This document shows positions 35,978-49,563 of a stretch of DNA of 64,000 bases, piece by piece. How positions within the stretch are numbered: the stretch's first letter is position 1; every line of letters begins with the position of its first letter. The position numbers and the translations under genes were made by a program. The notes under the pieces are model-generated. The model was not told the DNA's origin. It was given only the letters and a program-made list of their open reading frames with translations, and did not search any database. Source of the stretch: Nymphaea colorata (taxonomy: Eukaryota); the NCBI RefSeq assembly GCF_008831285.2, contig NC_045138.2, positions 13,888,001 to 13,952,000 on the forward strand, given 5' to 3'.

Positions 35978-38410
35978 CTACCAATAATCACCACAGGAGC
36001 ATGTCCCCTCTTTGAAACAATGGAAACGGTTTGAGTCTCTCACAATGATCTCTCTCTGTGTTACTGTTGAGATGAACTTCGTGGCACTGTGGCAATCTCC
36101 ACACACCCTCAAGTTCTTGAAAATATGAAGGGAAGTTTGAGCCTTTGTCTGAATAAGCCCAAAAACAATGGCCAGCCGCTCACTGTGACTCGATAAGATA
36201 TGCTCCTTCTCATCTTCCTCCACATCTTGCAAGACACAGCTGAAATCTGGAGTATAGCCTATGCTCTTAATCTTTCCCAACAATGATGCCATCTCTGCAT
36301 AGATCCCTTCAATCTGCGGGTGACTTCGGTTTCCTGTGTAGAAAACATGAACATTGTTGTTCACCTCAATGGAGCTCCATCCAGGTGTCTTTCTTAGTCC
36401 CATATCTATTGCCAGAGACCTCAAATTGTTTACACCTTCCCACCTCCTTTCTGTTGCATACATGTTTGACATCAGAACATAGTAACCAACATTCTCTGGA
36501 TCAAGTTCAAACACATGAGCCGAAGCTACTTTTCCCAATTCCAAGTTGCCATGAATTCTACATGCTCCAAGCAAAGCGCCCCACACACTTGCATCAGGTT
36601 TTATCGGCATCTTCGTTATGAAATCATGTGCGAGATCCAACTTCCCTGATCTTCCAAGAAGATCCACCATACAAGCATAGTGCCTCAAGTTAGGCACAAT
36701 ACCATACTCACAATACATCAAGTTGAAAAATTTTTTGCCTTGATCAACCAAACCAGCGTGGCTGCAAGAAGACAAAAGAGAAACAAAAGTGACTTGATCA
36801 GGCTCCACTTCCTGTTTCTGCATTTCCTCGAAGAGATCAAGACTTTTCTCCCCATGGCCGTGAATACCAAGGCCACATATGATGGCATTCCATGGAACTG
36901 AACTTCTTTTGGGGACTTCCTCAAACAAATGCAGAGATTCTTCTAGCTTACCGCATTTTGCATACATATCAATTAAGCAGGTTGTCACGAATAGATCAGA
37001 GTGTAAACCCATTTTAATGGAATGACAATGAATACAAGTTCCCTCCCTAACTGCACCCAAATGTGAGCAAGCTGGAAGAATGCTGACCAATGTTCCTTGA
37101 TCAAATTGAATTCCCTCTTCTTGCATTTTGTGATACAATGCAATTGCTTCATTTGAAAGTCCATTTTGGGTGTTCCCCGTGATCAAGCTGTTCCATGATA
37201 TCACGTCCTTGGTATTCATATTATCAAAAACACGAGACGCATTAGCCACCATCCCCAACTTTGCGTACATGTCAACTATAGCATTACTTACAAAAGTCAG
37301 GCAACCATATTCTTTTCTGACAACATAATTATGCACCGACCTACCAAATCGACCATCGCCTAGTTGAGCACAGATTGATGCCAGGCTTACCATCGTTAGC
37401 ATGTCGGGGGAAAAAGATGTAGCTTTCATCTCGTACAAGAACTGGATAGCTGAAACAGGGTCGCCCTCCTGCTCATAAGCAGCAATTACTGCGTTCCACG
37501 ACACCAAATCTTTCGTTCGCAGCTCATCAAACACTCGTCGTGCATCGAGGATGCAGCCTGACTTCGCGTACATATCAATCAAAGCATTTGAAACAAAAGT
37601 ATCAAAATCTAACCCGTGTTTAATGACGTAAACATGGATTAATCTGCCCTTGACAAGATATCCAAGAGGTGCAATCGCCGGAAGTATGCTAGCTACTGTA
37701 ATAGAATCCAGAGGCTTGTTCCTTATGATCATCTGTTCGAAGACAACAACAGCCTCGGAAGCAAGGCCATTCTGACAAAACCCAGAAATCATGGAATTCC
37801 AAGAGCCAACATCTCTGTAAAACATTTTATCAAACACTTTGTGCGCGTCCCAAGCAGCCCCACATTTCCCGTACAAATTGATCAGAGAAGAAGCCACATA
37901 AACATCCGAATCAACACCCAACTTCGCAACCCAACAATGAATGCTTCTGCCCTTCCTGAGTAGCAAGAGAGCTGCAGCAGCCTTCAATAAGACCGGAAAC
38001 GTGAACCTATCAGGACGAACTGCTTCCAGCAGCATTTCGGAGAAGATCTCCATGGCTTCAAGAAAGAACCCATTCTTCACACACGCAGAAATTATTGAAT
38101 TCCAAGAGAACACATTCTTCTTATGCATATTCCGAAAGGTGAGGCGCGAAAACGACAACTCTCCATTATTGGCATAGAGATTAACCAGCTTGGTCGACCA
38201 GAGGACGTCCTTGGAGTGACCTGAGATGACGAGGACGGCGTGGAGCTGCTTGACAAGTCGGGCGGTGGTGCACAACTGGGCCAACGAGCCAAAGTTCCCG
38301 CTCTTGGCGATGTTGGCGTTGGTGAAGGCGGTGCACGCGAAAGTGGCGCATGACTGCGCTTGTAGGCATTGGGGAAGAAGCAGCCTGAACCAGACGACGT
38401 GCTTGAACAT
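35978..38410 (-). CDS. PLS-class DYW pentatricopeptide repeat protein (organellar RNA editing factor type; resembles At4g33990/EMB2758 from memory)
   Basis: Intronless 810-aa ORF with repeated SWNxxIxG / xNAxxDMYAKxG PPR motifs, E domain, PG box (KTPGWSSIE), HSERLA and CGDCH zinc motifs, terminal CSCGDYW. Confidence 0.96.
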   Translation of the reverse strand: MFKHVVWFRLLLPQCLQAQSCATFACTAFTNANIAKSGNFGSLAQLCTTARLVKQLHAVLVISGHSKDVLWSTKLVNLYANNGELSFSRLTFRNMHKKNVFSWNSIISACVKNGFFLEAMEIFSEMLLEAVRPDRFTFPVLLKAAAALLLLRKGRSIHCWVAKLGVDSDVYVASSLINLYGKCGAAWDAHKVFDKMFYRDVGSWNSMISGFCQNGLASEAVVVFEQMIIRNKPLDSITVASILPAIAPLGYLVKGRLIHVYVIKHGLDFDTFVSNALIDMYAKSGCILDARRVFDELRTKDLVSWNAVIAAYEQEGDPVSAIQFLYEMKATSFSPDMLTMVSLASICAQLGDGRFGRSVHNYVVRKEYGCLTFVSNAIVDMYAKLGMVANASRVFDNMNTKDVISWNSLITGNTQNGLSNEAIALYHKMQEEGIQFDQGTLVSILPACSHLGAVREGTCIHCHSIKMGLHSDLFVTTCLIDMYAKCGKLEESLHLFEEVPKRSSVPWNAIICGLGIHGHGEKSLDLFEEMQKQEVEPDQVTFVSLLSSCSHAGLVDQGKKFFNLMYCEYGIVPNLRHYACMVDLLGRSGKLDLAHDFITKMPIKPDASVWGALLGACRIHGNLELGKVASAHVFELDPENVGYYVLMSNMYATERRWEGVNNLRSLAIDMGLRKTPGWSSIEVNNNVHVFYTGNRSHPQIEGIYAEMASLLGKIKSIGYTPDFSCVLQDVEEDEKEHILSSHSERLAIVFGLIQTKAQTSLHIFKNLRVCGDCHSATKFISTVTQREIIVRDSNRFHCFKEGTCSCGDYW

Positions 38411-40250
38411 GCGACTGAGCTTCTACAAGGTCTTCTCAGTTCGCACCATGGCCATGCAACTAGTCGCTGCCGCCGTCGCCGACCATTCGTGTCAAGAAGA
38501 CGGGGCGGAGATTTCATCGGACAAATAGTTCTTAAAAAGCGATGAACCGTGAACATCAAAACTGCATTAACAATGGAACTTCCTATTAGACCTCACCAGA
38601 TGCGAATCCAGCTAGTACCATGTCGAATCAGTTATATATTGCATTCAGGACTTGGCGTCGGAGTGAAATTTCAATTTACAGAATACAAAATTATATCCAA
38701 CTTTTCATTTGCAAGTGAATGTACTGTCGTCAAAATCCAATGTCTATGGAATTTGATGAGAAGTTTCACACCAAAATAGAATCTGATTATGGAAATTTTT
38801 TTTTTCGAATCAGATTACGCTAATTTGAATTTGGACCAAATATCAGATAATGCTCGATCCATTTGAGTAGCCAGCCGCACCATACTTCAAACTTAAGTGT
38901 CTTTTCTCTATTACCAAACTTGAGAGCCGTTTTGTAAAATTTTGAGAGGTTAAAACCAAAAGATATAAAGTTTTCTTTGGCAGAATTATGGGCAGCTCGT
39001 GAGAAATTCCTGATGTCCTCGAAATCTGCAATCCATTCTCATTTCAGTATAAATCCCCAATGTCCTTTTCCACATAGAGGGCCGATCAAGTTAAGAAACA
39101 AGAAAAGGGCTACAATACAGGATTTTGGTGATACTGATTATTCCAGCAATGACCTTGTCTCTAGAGGAGCTCGTCTCAACATGCGAAGAATGCTTTTTTG
39201 ATTTTTTGTTCAATTATTTCTACCTGATTGGTTCTGCTCGGATGTTTCATCGGCTTGATGTTTCCCCTCCAACTTCTTGGTGGAGGTGCTTTGTTTAGAA
39301 ACGTTGAAAATATATCTTTTTCTCTTTTTTAGAGAGAGAGAGAAAGAGAAGAGGAGGTACAGTGGTTTAACGAGCGCCTAAGGCAATCGAACCGCAACAT
39401 GCATGTCAACGTACAACGGGCACAACCAGCCAGCGACACACGTTTTGACTAGAGAAAAAGAGCTCAAAATTTAGAGACAATTTCCTATATACAAAAATTG
39501 AGGACAAGAATTCCCTTAGTTACAGTAACAAATCGTAAAAAAGAAGCAAAAAATAAAATATACACTCACAAAAAAAACGAAACAAGAGAAAACGAAATAA
39601 AAGAAAACGAAATAAGAGAAGTGGAAAGAACGAAACGACACCATCACCCACGAACAAAATGAGAGAGAGAAAGAGAGATGATTAAGTTAAAACATTATTA
39701 CAAAAAGAATTAAAGAAAATGAAGCCTGTGTAACGAGGGCCTGTATCGGGTGGAATTATGCCTCGACAGACACAATTGTGAAGCGGCTGAGCGTCTGTGT
39801 GGGCTGCCCTGTAGCGATTATCATTGCGATGCATCCATGAGCCCTCACTAAAAGGAGGAAAATCCATGCCCGTCACAACTTCCTTCACACAATACTCTTA
39901 CCTTAGAAGAGAAAGATGGCCCCACAAGGAGGTCCTGAGCGAAGGAAGCCGGAGAAACACCGGTAGTCCGTAATTTTCACGTTCGAGTAACGGAACAGAG
40001 CCTGAGTGACCCAACAGAACCGAAAAATGTGGAAGGCGATAGAGGAGCACACGGCTGTTGTACAATAACACCATATGATTGCTAAGAAGCAAATGTCTTC
40101 CAGTTACAGACAACGCACATGGTTCTGAAAGCACCCTGAACCCAACCAACCTAAGCTATGTAATGTAACAATACCCAGAAATCTTTCCTTAGCAACCAAG
40201 CGTAAAATATTTGCACCCCAAAAGGAAAGAAGAAAAAGAAATGGTCATCA

Positions 40251-41719
40251 TCAAAGTGTAAAGGAGAAGCAAAGCATCAGCACCATCAGCAGCATTTGAG
40301 TTCCACTCCAACCCACTACCTGTTTATTTTTGGTACACAAAATCTCTTAGAAATTGGTATGTCATTCAAAACCAGATCTTAAAAGAAAAGATGGGTTTGT
40401 CAATTTTTTCTAATTTGACGGAAACAGAGGGATTTGTAGCATACCTGGCCTTCTGCATCGGACGTAGGCAACGGTCGAATTGCAGCAGAGTCGGTTTCTC
40501 CTTTTGGCAAAGGCAATGCTGGATTGCTGATGACGAAAGGAACTCCTGCATATGGATCCTGCATCACTGGCGGCATTGGCACCAGAGACGGTGGAATTCC
40601 ACCAGCAGAATCCGGCACGACTGGCAGCGGCACTGGAAGTGGAGGAAGTCCTGCAACAGAGTCCGACATGACAACCTGCGGTGTTGGTGCCAAAGATGCG
40701 CTCCTGCAGAACCCATCTCTGCGTGGAGAGAAATTTGGAGGACTGCTTGGAGGAATGCTTGGTGCTCTAGCTAAGGAGCTGGCATGGTTTGAAGGTTCTG
40801 GTCCATGGTGGCGCGGAGATGGCGCATAGAAGGGCGGAAGCTTCGGCGATCTGCTGTGAAATTTTGAATGTATCTGCCGGCGAACAATCACGGCGATCTT
40901 CCGCGCCATTGAGCAATGAGAGGTGCTGCCATTAACGGCCTTGTTGTAGGAGAAATAGAAAACTCCGACCCGAGTGGCCAGCCACTGCGAACAGCAGAGC
41001 CAGTCAGTACCACGTTCCCAAAGAGAAGCGCAGATAAAGGAAAAGCAGAAGGAATAGAATGTAATCTGTGGGACGACTCTTAAGAGGCTCCCCAAATGGT
41101 ATCAAGCTCATGGGTATTGACGGTACTTTCTTCTTCATTTAAATTGTTCCCAGACCCCATATGGACAAAGACAAAGCGAAAGCCTCTATATGGATTGAGG
41201 AGACAGTTCAGAGTTTCTCTGCTGCCAATGGCTGTACGTAAGACGGGTAAAGAAAAGCATAGCTAGGTCTGCGACACAGGATGTGGAAGGCACGCATATA
41301 CACGCACTCACGTGAAGGGAGAAATGGCACCACCTTAAAGTAGCCGTTGTTATCTCTCTCCAACAGTGTTGCCTCTGTGAAGTTGCAACTCTCGAGAGCT
41401 TTTCTACGGTGGAAGATGTACACATTTTGCCTTTGAGGGCTGAGCCTGAAAACTTCACCAAACAAGACGCACACCATCAAGCCCCGTGTGTGTACGTGTA
41501 TTTTTGTGTGTTTGTATGTATGATTCGGAGAGAGAGAGAGAGATTACGAAGAGTGTCGCCGACATGCACAGGATGTGAAGTTGCCCAAGCAGACAAGTTG
41601 GTCACAGTAGCTCCATATGCGCCTTCTCGAACGATGTATGTAGCGGCAGACGATGAGTTAGAACGAAGGAAGAACATCAAGAAATAGAAAATGAGAAAGA
41701 TAGGGTTGGTGGTAGCCAT
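40251..41719 (-). CDS. Cupredoxin/phytocyanin (early nodulin-like) protein with Pro/Ser-rich tail, probably secreted and GPI-anchored
   Basis: Exons 41719-41548 (signal peptide...WATSHPVHVGDTL), 41452-41334 (FRL...NVYIF...CNFTEATLL), 40984-40445 (W...GVFYFSYN...C...KIAVIV, Pro-rich, VPFVISNPALPLPKGETDSAAIRPLPTS), 40319-40251 (hydrophobic C-terminus, stop). All joins GT-AG and in phase. Confidence 0.85.
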
Positions 41720-42505
41720 GAATGAAACAGAAAAAGGAAGGAAATCTGCTAGTCTATGAACGGCAACAGAGGATCATTTATAGAGATGGAGAGATGGAAG
41801 AATTGTCTGCAATGTGGGGCGCGCAGTGACAAAGACGTGATTGGTATATGCTGTGAACCACGGATAAAAAAGCAAAGTGAAACGGAGAGAATGACAAAAA
41901 CCGCAAAAGCAGGATAGATGTACTAAGCTCCTAAACTTTCTTCGTTAGTAAAAGGCGACAGTATAGTTTACTCGGTGGTCACCACGCAGAACTGCGAGCA
42001 AAAAAATTTGACGTGTAACACTTTCCTTAGTATGCGTTCCAAATGAATGAAAAATGGTGCTTGCCAAATGGGGGGGGGGGAGAAGGGGAGAACTCGTAGA
42101 TCCTATTAAGAATGAAGGTTATTCCGCGTGCACCATTAATTGTGACCACGAAACAGAGCACCTCTCCTGCTGTCCCCTCTTGATAACAGATCACGTGAAA
42201 CGTAGAGAGTATAACAAACATATACTAATTAACAGAAAAAGGACTCTCTCTCACTCGCGACACCCACTGTGTAGTTTTAGAACAAAAGCAGCAGGAAAAA
42301 CACTTACATCCCGTCACTAGCATATATCCCGTTTGTAATTTTCCGAGAGACTCAGCCTGCCCCAGAGCCGAAGCTAAATTGGCAGCTGCTCGTGGCCTTG
42401 CCTCGAGAGTGACAGACCAATACTACTATTTAAGATACGGGACGTGCTAACGGTAGAGATTCTCAAACGGGCATGGCATGATTCTTTATCAAGATGTTCA
42501 TTTGA

Positions 42506-42509
<4 letters not shown>

Positions 42510-42560
<51 letters not shown>
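42510..42560. repeat. (CT)n microsatellite
   Basis: Directly visible. Confidence 0.95.
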
Positions 42561-43077
42561 GCGGCTCAAAGCTTGCGATTCTGAAACCATACTAGCAAAC
42601 AAGTACACGATGCTGCTGATATAAAACAGAGATCACTCAGCCTATGGGCAGCTAATTCAAACTACAGTACAACACAAGTTTCCTGCTGAAGACAGCAAAT
42701 AAATTTTGAATTATTTCTGATAAATATGCAGAATGATACATAATGTACCCTTTCCTCCCTCCAGGGCTTTTTATTGTATTCCCACATTCCACCAACCAAA
42801 AGGAGGCATGGAGGATCACAAGGGCTAAACAGGTTTCTTAAGTTATCCACCAACCTCCCTCCCACAAGATCAAAACTCCGATCCATCTGGATGGACTTCC
42901 AGAATCTCAAAGTTGAATCTTAAGGTAATGAAGCCCTCAATCTATCCAGTGTTCTGAGTCTTCACCATCCACAAGAAGCTCATTGGAATTTGGAAGCTCA
43001 TAGGAGAGACTCTCTGGGATGATGCGAAGGCCAAGACCTTGAGAGGAAGTCAGCATAGCTGATCAGGGGGAATGTAT

Positions 43078-44865
43078 CTACCACTGCATGGAATGAGTTC
43101 TTCTAAGCGCACGTCTCGGTTTCCGGCCCTCAACAACAGGTACAACATTCTCCATGAGCTGCAGCAATTGTTTTGTTAGTTTACCATGTTTATGCAACAA
43201 AATTCATAAAAGCTTCACATTCAGCAGGTCTGGATTCTGGTGTACAAACTAAACACTACGTTGTTAAGAAACAAGGCACTTCAGTTTTCCCAAGCGCTAA
43301 ATTTAAGTGATTTGGAAGGCTGCTTCAGCTTTCTTTGCTTGTGTGGGATGTATGTTTCGTGCGCTACAAGGAACACCGAAATTTCCAGGAGGCATTTCGT
43401 GCAATCAAACACGCTCCAAGTGTTAGTGGAAAGAATCGCCTGATGGAGAGCCCTAATCATTACACAAGGCTTCAGTAACATGCTCCCTGAAACTATTCAC
43501 ATCTCAGATTAAGATTCATTGAGTTCCAGTCACGGCCAGGACAGAGTAATGGAATAGTCGTCCTACAAAGGGTGCCCACTAGCACGGTTTACCACATGGA
43601 TACTTGGTATTGTCCAAAATAAAAGATTCATACACACCAAGTCGTCCCTGTTTCACAGAGTTTTATGTCACGCCTATGTTATGAGGACACCCTATAAAAC
43701 AATTCTGTCAAACAAGCAGCTTATGCCCTGAAGGTTTGCACAGAATGGTGGGTCAGGATTATCTTTCAAGGTCTCACCTAGACCTCCCTTAACGTTGCAC
43801 TGACCACTAACAGGAATGCACATCTTATCAAGCGTATCACTGGCTTAGGTTGGAATATGGTGTACTTATGAACAACAGATGCAGAGCACATGACACAGAA
43901 AGCTACTTAGGAAGTTGAACAAATGCTCCAAAATCAATCATGACTTGGACAACAAGCTACTAAATACCACGCATTCAAAATGCTTCCTGATAAAAATGAA
44001 GAGAAGTAAAATCAAAATTAAGAACCTTGTGAAGAAAGCGAAGGAACTGACTCCACATCCTGTAGTCAAGTTTCAAAATTCAAAAATAAAGATGTGGTAG
44101 AAGACATGAGAGGAACCATTTACAAGGAAAAAAAAAACAAAACAAAACAAAAAAAAACCTTATCTGAAAGATAATTAACAATGGTTTAGGTCCCTTCCAT
44201 TTCATTGATATTTGTTTATTCTTATCAATAAGATGGAGCAAACTCAGACAAATCAAGATCATCCAAATGATATGGTTTGGAGGCTTCTGACAGTCCAGAA
44301 AGTTGTCTCAAGACACTTCTATACCCAGATCCAAGGTGGTTAAACAAACGTGCTAGACATCTTAAAGCACATGTTTTCTACTAATGAAATATCAAAAAGT
44401 GAAACCAAACAATCAACTCCATGATGCCATGGCACACAAAGGCAAGTTGATGATAATGATCACTAAACAAAGTTACAAAACTAAGCCAAGGAGGCAAGGA
44501 CAGATAAAGTTCCAGAAATGAAACTACCAACAAGTTATCACCACATTGCACATTAAAGTAAGTAAATCCCATGTTCATGGTAAAATTCAGAAGTTAACAT
44601 TACGTAAAGGATTTAAAAGCAGGAATAAACGAGTAGAGATTGGAAGACTATGTTCATTCCTAACAGCATTTCAATCAGAAAAATAGCAGCATATGCCATC
44701 ACAGTATCAGCAATCATAGGTGCACCAAAAAACTGCTGTGACTCAAAAACGTAATAGGAATACTGCATTCCCGCACTAGTTTGAGGACTGAATTTGTACA
44801 AGAAAAGATTAGCATATCGAACATATTAGCATTATGGTAATGTTGGTGCACTATTTTCTATGTAT

Positions 44866-44914
<49 letters not shown>

Positions 44915-47876
44915 GATTTACCTGTTTATACCTCCTCCTCTTTTGTTCCGTCTGCATTAAGGTCAGGGATTAGTTTCCACTGGACATTATCTAGGAAAAT
45001 GCCAAAATATAACAAGCATATAGCAGTGACCAAAAAAAAAAAGGGGGCAGAATGTGCAGGGAGCAGGAATTGTTCTGTCCAATGCTCAACACTTTATGAT
45101 GGCCATACTGTTATTTCTTCACCCTTTACACCCTCCATGTTTTTCTATGCAGGAAAGTAAATTTAAGGAGGGAAGGTCTGAAGTTGTTCACAGCGGCATG
45201 TAGACTTGTACCAAGAAAAGGCTCACCTTTATAAGGCCAGGACATTTGGTGAGACTTGGTCTTCAAATAATGGTACTTTTCAGATGTTCCTTTAGCTAAA
45301 AAATAACCATGCTTAGAAGATACACACTACAGATGACCATCTAGAATAAGAAAGACAAAAGGATCAATACAAGAGCCAAATTTCTACATAGACAACTCTT
45401 CACTTCACAGTTCCTCCAACAGATGGACAATTGACACTGTTCCTCAACTTCTTAGTCTCACAAAGTCATCGTTCCTTTTACCAACAAATATGCAATTGCA
45501 AATACTTAACCTTGCTCAGCAAGGAAATGAAAAGTGGCAGCCGTGCCTCTTATCAAAGGATGGGAGTTAATGTGATGAGTATTCAAAAAAAACAGAAGTG
45601 AGTGAGACATTAATTATTACTTATTTTCTATGGTTTTGATTTATTAAAATGTTACGTTACATAAAAATGTTCTTACTAGGTTTGCATTTAACTCCTTTTC
45701 CAAATAAAAACACGTTAAAACCAACAAAAACTACTGCTTTCGCTGTCTAACCACACAATCTACTAACATAATTATCTTCGACTGGGAATTTAACCTAGTA
45801 TACTACCAAACGCAGCAAAGAGACACAGCTCATTACAAGTCCTCTTCCGACTTGCATGCTGCAGGTTTTTCAAGTAAAACGTTTACTTTTCCATATTCTG
45901 TAGGCTTTCTTTCTGGATCAACTAAACTTCACCGTACAAATGCATATGCTTAGGTGCACCCCTTTGTTTTTCATGATGAGCATCATTGTCATGAACATGT
46001 TTTCTGATGCATGATTACACCATAAAATCTTCCCAGTTCCCACTCATTCTAAAATTCAGACAACAACTAATTAGTCTCCATGCCAACTTAATCCGTGCAA
46101 ACTGGCACGCATATAGCGAATTGTTCTTTCAAATGTACACCAGCCCCACACAGAACCTTGCATTAGGGTGGTTAGCTTTAACAGGAATGTCTATGTTTTT
46201 TCTTCACCATAAGAGCTAACATATGGCGACCATTTTACTAGCAAACTCATTTTCCGGTAGAAGTTGTCAACTGGACTTGAATATCAAAATAACGTATAAA
46301 CTGCAATATTTTGAAGCCTCTTCTCTGGTGGCTGGAAGATGGAATAGCAGATGCAGAACAAAAACAGGAAGAACACTCACACACCTGCTCTCTAACTAGC
46401 TGTGCGTTCTCCTCTTCAAGCTGTGATACTGTCGATTGCAAATCCATGGTATAGGCCTACAAACACAGTGGAGGAATTATAAAAGAGCACATTTCCAAAT
46501 ATTCCAAGGAATGCATCAATATAAAGCCGCTCAAATATCAACATCTGAAAAGAACTAAGTAGATAAAACAACGATACATGCATGCTCACACGCATGCACA
46601 CACACAGACACATCCTCTCCAAGTAAAAGAAAATCTACAATTACCAATTCTCACAATCACCATGAATATCATCTGACCAGTGGTGTAGCATGCCAATGTA
46701 AACACCAACAAGACCATACACATATCCTGGTTGCGTACCATCCTTGGCACACTGCGGAGCCAGCCCAGTACATATACATGTTCCCTGGTGCATGTTCCAT
46801 TAAGCACCAGGTGACCTGATCCCATTTCCCAATTGACACACTATTTTTTCAGCGAAGTCACAGAGCAAAGACTAGCAAGATAAAGTTCTGAGAAGGTTTT
46901 CTGTATAGTAGCATTCCAAGTGACTTGGCCACGAAAACTATAATTGTTTTTCCAAGATTAACAATCAGTAAATACGTAAGTGAGAAAGAAAGCAAAACAA
47001 ACAGGATCTTAATAATTCCTAGCCCAAATAAGAACTCAAAATCTTCCGTGAATATCGCTTGAAGAATGTCACAGCGAAAAGAGTTAAAAAGAAAAAGAGG
47101 AAATTAAGTTTTGCAGAATCAACAGCATCAACTAAAGAGAAGCAGGATCTTGAGAGGAAAAAGCAAACCCACAAAGTCTCCAAACCGAATGAGGACGAAG
47201 TCCTTTGATGCGATCTTCCACAAATAAATCCGATCGCCACCACCAACGAAGAAAAAGAAACATGTACGAATCCCAAACACCAGGAATCCTAAAAGAAAGA
47301 ACCACCCACCAATTTCCGCTCCCTCGACCTCGCAGCGGACTCGCGGTTTTTTATCATCCTCCTCTGGCGCTGCTGCGCTGCCCGATCCACCGGCTCCGAC
47401 AAGGCCGCTGCAGCCGCAGCCGCCTTCCGCTTCGCCCTCGCTGCTCCCTCGGCTTCCTCACCGAAGCCAAACCTCTTCCGGAACGACTCATCGCCGCTAG
47501 TGGCACCACCAAAGGCACCAGGAGCAGCGGAGCCAAACCCACCACTCCCACCGCCTCCGGCCACATCCTCGTCCCTCACGAGGCCGGCCTTAGCCAGGAA
47601 ATCCTCGAGGGTCATCTCCCCTACCCTCTCTCCGCCATCGCAACCCCTCCGCTCGTCGATCTCCTTCCACACCTGCTCCACCGTCTTCGGCGCCTCGGCT
47701 GCAAAGACCGGGGCCGCGGCCGGGGTGGGGTCCGCCGGCCAGAAGCCCTTGATGAGGTCCTCCATGTTCATGGTGGCCCGGGAAGCGTCCGGCGTCTGCA
47801 ATTCTGCGATGGCTATGGACGGACGGTTGAGATCCGAGGCTGCAGGCGACGACGACGCCATGACTTTAGATGCCAT
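43078..47876 (-). CDS. GBF4: Group A bZIP transcription factor, G-box-binding factor 4-like
   Basis: Exons 47876-47310 (MASKVMASS...MNMEDLIK, KTVEQVWKEI, GEMTLEDFLAKAG, QRQRRMIKNRESAARSRERKL), 46456-46385 (AYTMDLQSTVSQLEEENAQLVREQ), 44951-44922 (TEQKRRRYKQ), 43158-43078 (LMENVVPVVEGRKPRRALRRTHSMQW*). All phase-0 GT-AG. Confidence 0.92.
44870..44911. repeat. (GA)n microsatellite in bZIP intron 3
   Basis: Directly visible. Confidence 0.95.
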
Positions 47877-49529
47877 CCCTCTCTCTCTCTCTCTCACTCT
47901 CTGATTTTATGGCGGTTTTTCGGTTAGGGCTTTGATTGTGGAGGGTGGTATTGTAGGTTCTTTGGTTTATAGCTTTATCCCATTAGAGAAAGGGGGTTGG
48001 GTGGGGTTTGAAATTTGGAAGAGAAAGAGGCTTCGGTGGTTTTGGGCAGTCCTTGGGCAGAGAGAGAAAGAAAGTGGTTTTTGCTTATTATGCTTATTAA
48101 GACAGAGTGTGTGAGAGAGAGGGTGGTTTTGGTCTGTAAGGGGCAAACACAGAAAGAGAGTGGTTTTTTGCTCGAAAAGGGAGGGAAGGAGATAGAGAGA
48201 CAGAGACACAGAGAAAGAGAGAGCGAGGTGGTTTTCAGGGGTGAAGGGTGGTTTTTGGTTGGTCCCCTTTATGAGAAGTTCGCATCTTTGAGAGTTCCTG
48301 AAAATGGAAATCTCTGGAACACTCTCCCTCGGTGCACGCTTCTTTTTGAATCTGTGGTTTCTGCTCACTTCATCACGCCTTCCTTTTCCTTTTCTTCTTT
48401 ATTTTTTTCATTTCTAGACATTGACGAGAAGATTTCCCGAGTTTTCCAAGGGGAAAGTTTTTTCATCTCCAAATTGAAGTGAAACTTCACCTTCTCCTCC
48501 TACACTTCAGTCTCTCTTCAACAAACACTGAAAAGTCTCACCCCCTTCTACCACTTGGCCACTGCAATTTTTTCAGAAAACCGAAGTCGAGTCTGCTCTT
48601 TAAACATCTCAAAGCATGGTTGAAACGCAGTTGAGAGCAGGTGAAATTTTACAAACATTAGTGGATGTTTATTTCCTGGGTAGACTGGTAGGTGCAATGC
48701 AATTTCACCTGCCCAATACACTCTGAAACTTTTCTCCTGCCAATCAACCACTCCATAGATATTTGACATTTACATTCTTGAAGCAAATTCATAACTTTAA
48801 CCATTGTTAATCGCTTAATACTTAAGAAAGTGAGTTTAGATTCCCATACTCCTAACTCATTCCTTACGTCAATACAAGTGAAGTGGTGGCGTTAGTTGAC
48901 AAACTGTTCTTCAAACGCTAGTTTTAAAACGTTAACTAAAAAACATAGATCGATCTGTGAACAGCAATAAGGTGCCCATCGATTTACCAATTGCTTCTAA
49001 TTCGAGAACGAAGTCAAAAAAAAATATTCAACACAAGCTTAAAACTGAAACTTGCTTTAGTATTTTTCAGTAGTAGTTTTCAACACTTGATTGTTTGGGG
49101 AATTTGCTTTAGTTCAACTTCTTGAACTTTGCCTTCATGAAATCTGCAGGAAATAAAAGAGAGCTTAGCACTTGAAGATAAAGCTTCATGATGTAATTCA
49201 ATAGTTAAAGAAAGACTGAAAGAGAAAATTATAAGAAGCTTAGATTAAAGGAGCTGGAGTCTGTGTCATCAGAATCAACGGAGTCAAATTGGAGGCAGAA
49301 CCAATTCAGTGTGCCATGTATCAATTTTTAAAATCTTTTTAATTAACTTGTAGGTAGCATATGAATGACACACTAAGAAAAATTGACGTCACAAAAACTG
49401 GTTTAAAAACTAAAACGAATTCCATTAGAGTTCTTTGTCAATATATGGCCGATACGGCTAGGGTGATATGACCAATATTGACAGTACTAATTATAAAAAA
49501 AACTTTAAAGAAATCCATTATTTTTTTTC

Positions 49530-49563
<34 letters not shown>

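Noticed and set aside
47205..47927. 240-aa + strand ORF
   Set aside because: Antisense shadow of the GC-rich bZIP exon 1; no recognisable domain.
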